A stretch of DNA of 64,000 nucleotides from the human T2T-CHM13v2.0 reference genome, Homo sapiens. This document shows, in pieces, positions 60,040-64,000 of this stretch. Positions within the stretch are counted from its first letter, which is position 1; each line of letters opens with the position of its first letter. Below the pieces are notes generated by a model. That model had not been told where the DNA came from. It searched no databases and saw only the letters and a list, made by a program, of their open reading frames with translations. The DNA is taken from assembly GCF_009914755.1 (NCBI RefSeq), contig NC_060925.1; one strand, given 5' to 3'. The position numbers and the translations under genes were made by a program.

Positions 60040-61790
60040 TTTTTAAATTGATAGACTTTATTTTTTAGAACACTTTTAGATTTACTTAGAAATTAAGCAG
60101 ATATTTATTATTCCTTCTGCCCCAGTTTCTCCTATTATTAACATCCTACATTAGTATGGTACATTTGTTATAACTAATGAACCAATATTGATACATTATT
60201 ATTAACTAAAGGCCACAGTTTATTAAGGTTTCCTTAGTTTTTACCTAATACCCCTTTTTTTGTTCCATATTACATTTAGTTGTATGTCTCCTTAGACACT
60301 TGGCAGTAACATTTTCTCAGACTTCCCTTGTTTTTGATAACCTTGAAAATTTTGAGGAGTACTGGTCAAGCATATTGTAGGATACCCCTCTATTGGAAAA
60401 TGTCCGATGTTTTTTCATGATTAGACTGGAGTTAATGGGTTTTGGGGAGGAAGACCATATGCCATTTGCATTACATTATTTCAAGGGTGTCTGTTATCCA
60501 CAGGATTTTATCACTTTTGGCATTGATCTTGGTCACCTGGCTAAAGTAGTGTTTATCAGATTTTTCCACTGTATTTTTTTTTCCTCCTTTTTCTATACTG
60601 TACTCTGGAAGGAAGTCACTATGTATAGCGAAAACTGAAGGAGAGGGGAGTTATGCTCCCCTCCTTTATGATAAAGTATCTACATAATTTATTTAGAGTT
60701 CTTTTGCATAGGAGATTTGTCTTTTCTCCTCCATCTATTTATTCATCAATCATTTATTTATATCAGTATGAACTGATGGATATTTGCTTTGTACTTTGAG
60801 TTATAATCCAAGACTACTTCATTAGTTTTTTTGCTCAGATTATTTCAGCTTTTGACTGTTTGAGCTCTTTCGGTTGGCTTTTGTGTCCTTTTAACACACT
60901 GCCATCAATAAGGATTTTCTTTTAAAGCGCTTCCTTACTTTCTGGGACTGTAAGATATGTGATCCAGGCTCATTTTGTGCATTTCCTGCCCCAAACCTAG
61001 AATAAGCCATTTCTTCAAAGAGCCCTGGTTCATTTTGTTGTAGAATAGTGTTAGAAACAGATCTGGGTGCTGGGTATGCTCATTGCTACTGCTGTATCAT
61101 TTCTTTTAGGACCTCTTAGCTTAACAAAAAATACATGTTTGTATATTAACCTGTGTATAAGATGCTCCTTAGGATGGGGTTGTGTTCCAATTAACCAGTT
61201 GTAAAGTTGAAAAACCATAAGTTGGGGACCGTCTGTGTACATATTTATAAATATTTCCTTATGTAACCATCTGTATTAAATCTGAGTTCTCACTGATGCC
61301 TCCAAATCTAATCCATTACCACATCTATCTTTCTAGCCTCCTTCCTTGCTTATCTGTAAATTCCTACTCCAGTGATTTTCTCTGCCTGCCATCCATTTGC
61401 TTAATCGTTTATTTCCAGTATATATGTATTGCAGTACCAGAGTTGTTAACCCATATCCCTGTGGGAAACAACTCTGTCAACTGGAGTACAGTGATTATGT
61501 GCAGTTCCTTTGCATTTGGTTTTAGGCTCTTCGTTTCCAGAGTTACTTACATCACCTTTTCTCATGCCCTTCAGTGAGTTTGTTTCATACATTTGTAAAA
61601 CAGATTCTCCTATCACATTTTACATTCTTTCCTGAGATTCTGTGACCTAAATGATTTTTTAAACTTGCATACATTAACTTTCATTCTTCGTGCTGTGAAG
61701 TTCTGTAGGTTTTGACAAGTGCATAATGCCATGAATCCAAGATTCCAAGATCATGTAGAATAGTTTCACTACCCTAAAAATCCCCTGTGG
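60040..61790 (-). mobile_element. L1MC/MD-like 3' region
   Basis: CCCAGTTTCTCCTATTATTAACATC...GAACCAATATTGATACATTATTATTAACTAAA motifs. Confidence 0.7.
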
Positions 61791-62963
61791 CCTACTTCAT
61801 ACCCATAAGGGTGGCTACCATGAGAACAACAGAAAATAAATGGTGTTGGCAAGGATGTGAAGAAATTGAAACCCTTGTGCACTTTTGGTAGGAATGTAAA
61901 ATGCTACTGTGCTGTGGAAAGCAGTGTGGTGGTTTCTCCAAAACTTAAACATATGATTCAGCAATTTCACTTCTGAGCATATACCCAAAGAATTGAAAGT
62001 AGGGTTTTGAACAAAGATTTACTGAGTAGCTACAGTACATACGGATCTTCTCCTTGTAATTGTAAAGATATGTACAATTTTCTCTAATTTATGCTTATTC
62101 AATATAGGAACCTTAAATCTGGTATACTATTTACTAAACACAATATTTGTATTCTGAAAATTGCCTCTATGTTTCTATCATATGTCTCTGGAATCCCAGT
62201 TACATGTTTGTTGGATCTTCTTGCTCTATCCTCCACATGAATAAAACATTCATTATTTATATTTCTCTACTGTGTTCTGTTTTCTTTTTACAGATTTTTT
62301 CAATAAATTTTATGATAAATTATGTTAATTGGTTGTTTGACATGTTTCCAATTTCAATCATAATATGTTGTTTTCTTTTCTACAAGTACTATTTTGTTCT
62401 TTTCCAAACAGTCAATTTCTTGTTCTTTAATCATACTTTCAATAGCAGTCTTTAAACATATTAAACATAATTATTAAATTATTACCTAATAACTTAAATA
62501 CCTAGTTTGATGTTATTGCTGTCATTCAAGATGTGAGCTATTTACTTGTGGGTTTAGTGATTCTTAATCAGAAGTTCATGTTACTTTAAATTTATCTGCA
62601 GGAACCATTGAGGCTTGAGTATAACATGTGTTCCTCCAGAAATGATTTCTATTACTTCTGTCAGGTACCTTGGGGATGATACCAACCCAGAATCCATATA
62701 AGCAATAATTTTGACTTGGGGGTTTCTCAGGGCCACAATAGTCATAAGATTTAGGCTACATAGCTACATAAGTAGAAGTTTGAGGCTAAAAATCATCAGG
62801 GGAAACTTTTTCTGTTCCTCTCAAACTAAGGCTGAGAGAATTATGCATATCATGGTTTCATTTTGTGGGGTCAGGTTTTTCTGTTTTGCTCTGAGAGAAT
62901 GTTACCCTTTGGGAGGCCCTGTTTCAGTGTCATGAGGGTTGTCTCTTTTTTGGGGGGGGGGTT

Positions 62964-64000
62964 CTTTTTTATTATTATACTTTAAGTTCTAGGGTACATG
63001 TGCACAACATGCAGGTTTGATACATAGGTATGCATGTGCCATGTTGGTTTGCTGCACCTATCAACCCATCATATACATTATGTATTTCTCCTAATGCTAT
63101 CCCTCCCCCAGCCTCCCACCCCCCAACAGGCCCCGGTGTGTGATGTTCACCGCCTTGTGTCCAAGTGATCTCATTGTTCAATTCCCACCTATGAGTGAGA
63201 ACATGTGGTGTTTGGTTTTCTGTCCTTGTGATAGTTTGCTCAGAGTGATGGTTTCCAGCTTCATCCATGTCCCTGCAAAGGACATGAACTTATCCTTTTT
63301 GATGGCTGCATAGTATTCCATGGTATATATGTGCCACATTTTCTTTATCCAGTCTATCATGGATGGACATTTGGGTTGGTTCCAAGTCTTTGCTATTGTG
63401 AATAGTGCCACAGTAAACATATGTGTACATATGTCTTTATAGTAGCATGATTTGTAATCCTTTGGGTATATACCCAGTAATGGGATGGCTGGGTCAAATG
63501 GTAATTCTAGTTCTAGATCCTTGAGGAATCGCCACACTGTCTTCCACAATAGTTGAACTAATTTACAGTCCCACCAACAGTGTAAAAGTGTTCCTATTTC
63601 TCCACATCCTCTCCAGCACCTGTTGTTTCCTGACTTTTTAATGATTGCCGTTCCAAATGGCGTGAGATAGTATCTCATTGTGGTTTTGATTTGCATTTCT
63701 CTGATGACCAGTGATGATGAGCATTTTTTCATGTGTCTGTTGGCTGCATAAATGTCTTCTTTTGAGAAGTATGTGTTCATATCCTTTGCCCACTTTTTGA
63801 TGGAGTTGTTTGTTTTTTTTTCTTGTAAATTTGTTTCTTTGTAGCTTCTGGATATTAGCCCTTAGTCAGATGAGTAGATTGCAAAAATTTTCTCCCGTTC
63901 TGTAGGTTGCCTGTTCACTCTGATTGTAGTTTCTTTTGCCATGCAGAAGCTCTTTAGTTTAATTAGATCCCCTTTGTCTATTTTGGCTTTTGTTGCCATT
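62964..64000 (-). mobile_element. L1PA6/7-like 3' end, antisense to the host gene; continues beyond the window
   Basis: poly(T)-ATTATACTTTAAGTTCTAGGG 3'UTR; ORF2 C-terminus ending ...HMFSLIGGN (63178..63780). Confidence 0.93.

Overview
Primate (almost certainly human) genomic DNA, mostly interspersed repeats; no prokaryotic features, rRNA/tRNA genes or CRISPR arrays. The one host gene is at the CpG island (~45.5-47.2 kb). Its exon 1 encodes MSWGTELW followed by a GTGAGT donor, which is the N-terminus of the F-BAR adaptors FNBP1L/FNBP1; FNBP1L (TOCA-1) is favoured from the recalled 5'UTR. Intron 1 then runs to the window end. Upstream lie a near full-length, disabled L1PA4/5-type element (minus strand), a split MaLR, a degenerate ERV1 internal region, five solo LTRs with class-appropriate 4-, 5- and 6-bp TSDs, old L1s, DNA transposons and about 35 Alus. 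The three most interesting signals are: (1) a 41-nt, tailless, TSD-flanked retrocopy matching only the first ~40 nt (a hairpin) of a MER4-group LTR transcript; (2) a ~7.2-kb block containing older repeats that appears to sit inside a THE1D/MST element; (3) a candidate in-frame 33-nt cassette exon in intron 1. Repeat subfamily names come from recalled consensus sequences and need RepeatMasker/Dfam confirmation. Boundaries of old repeats are approximate.
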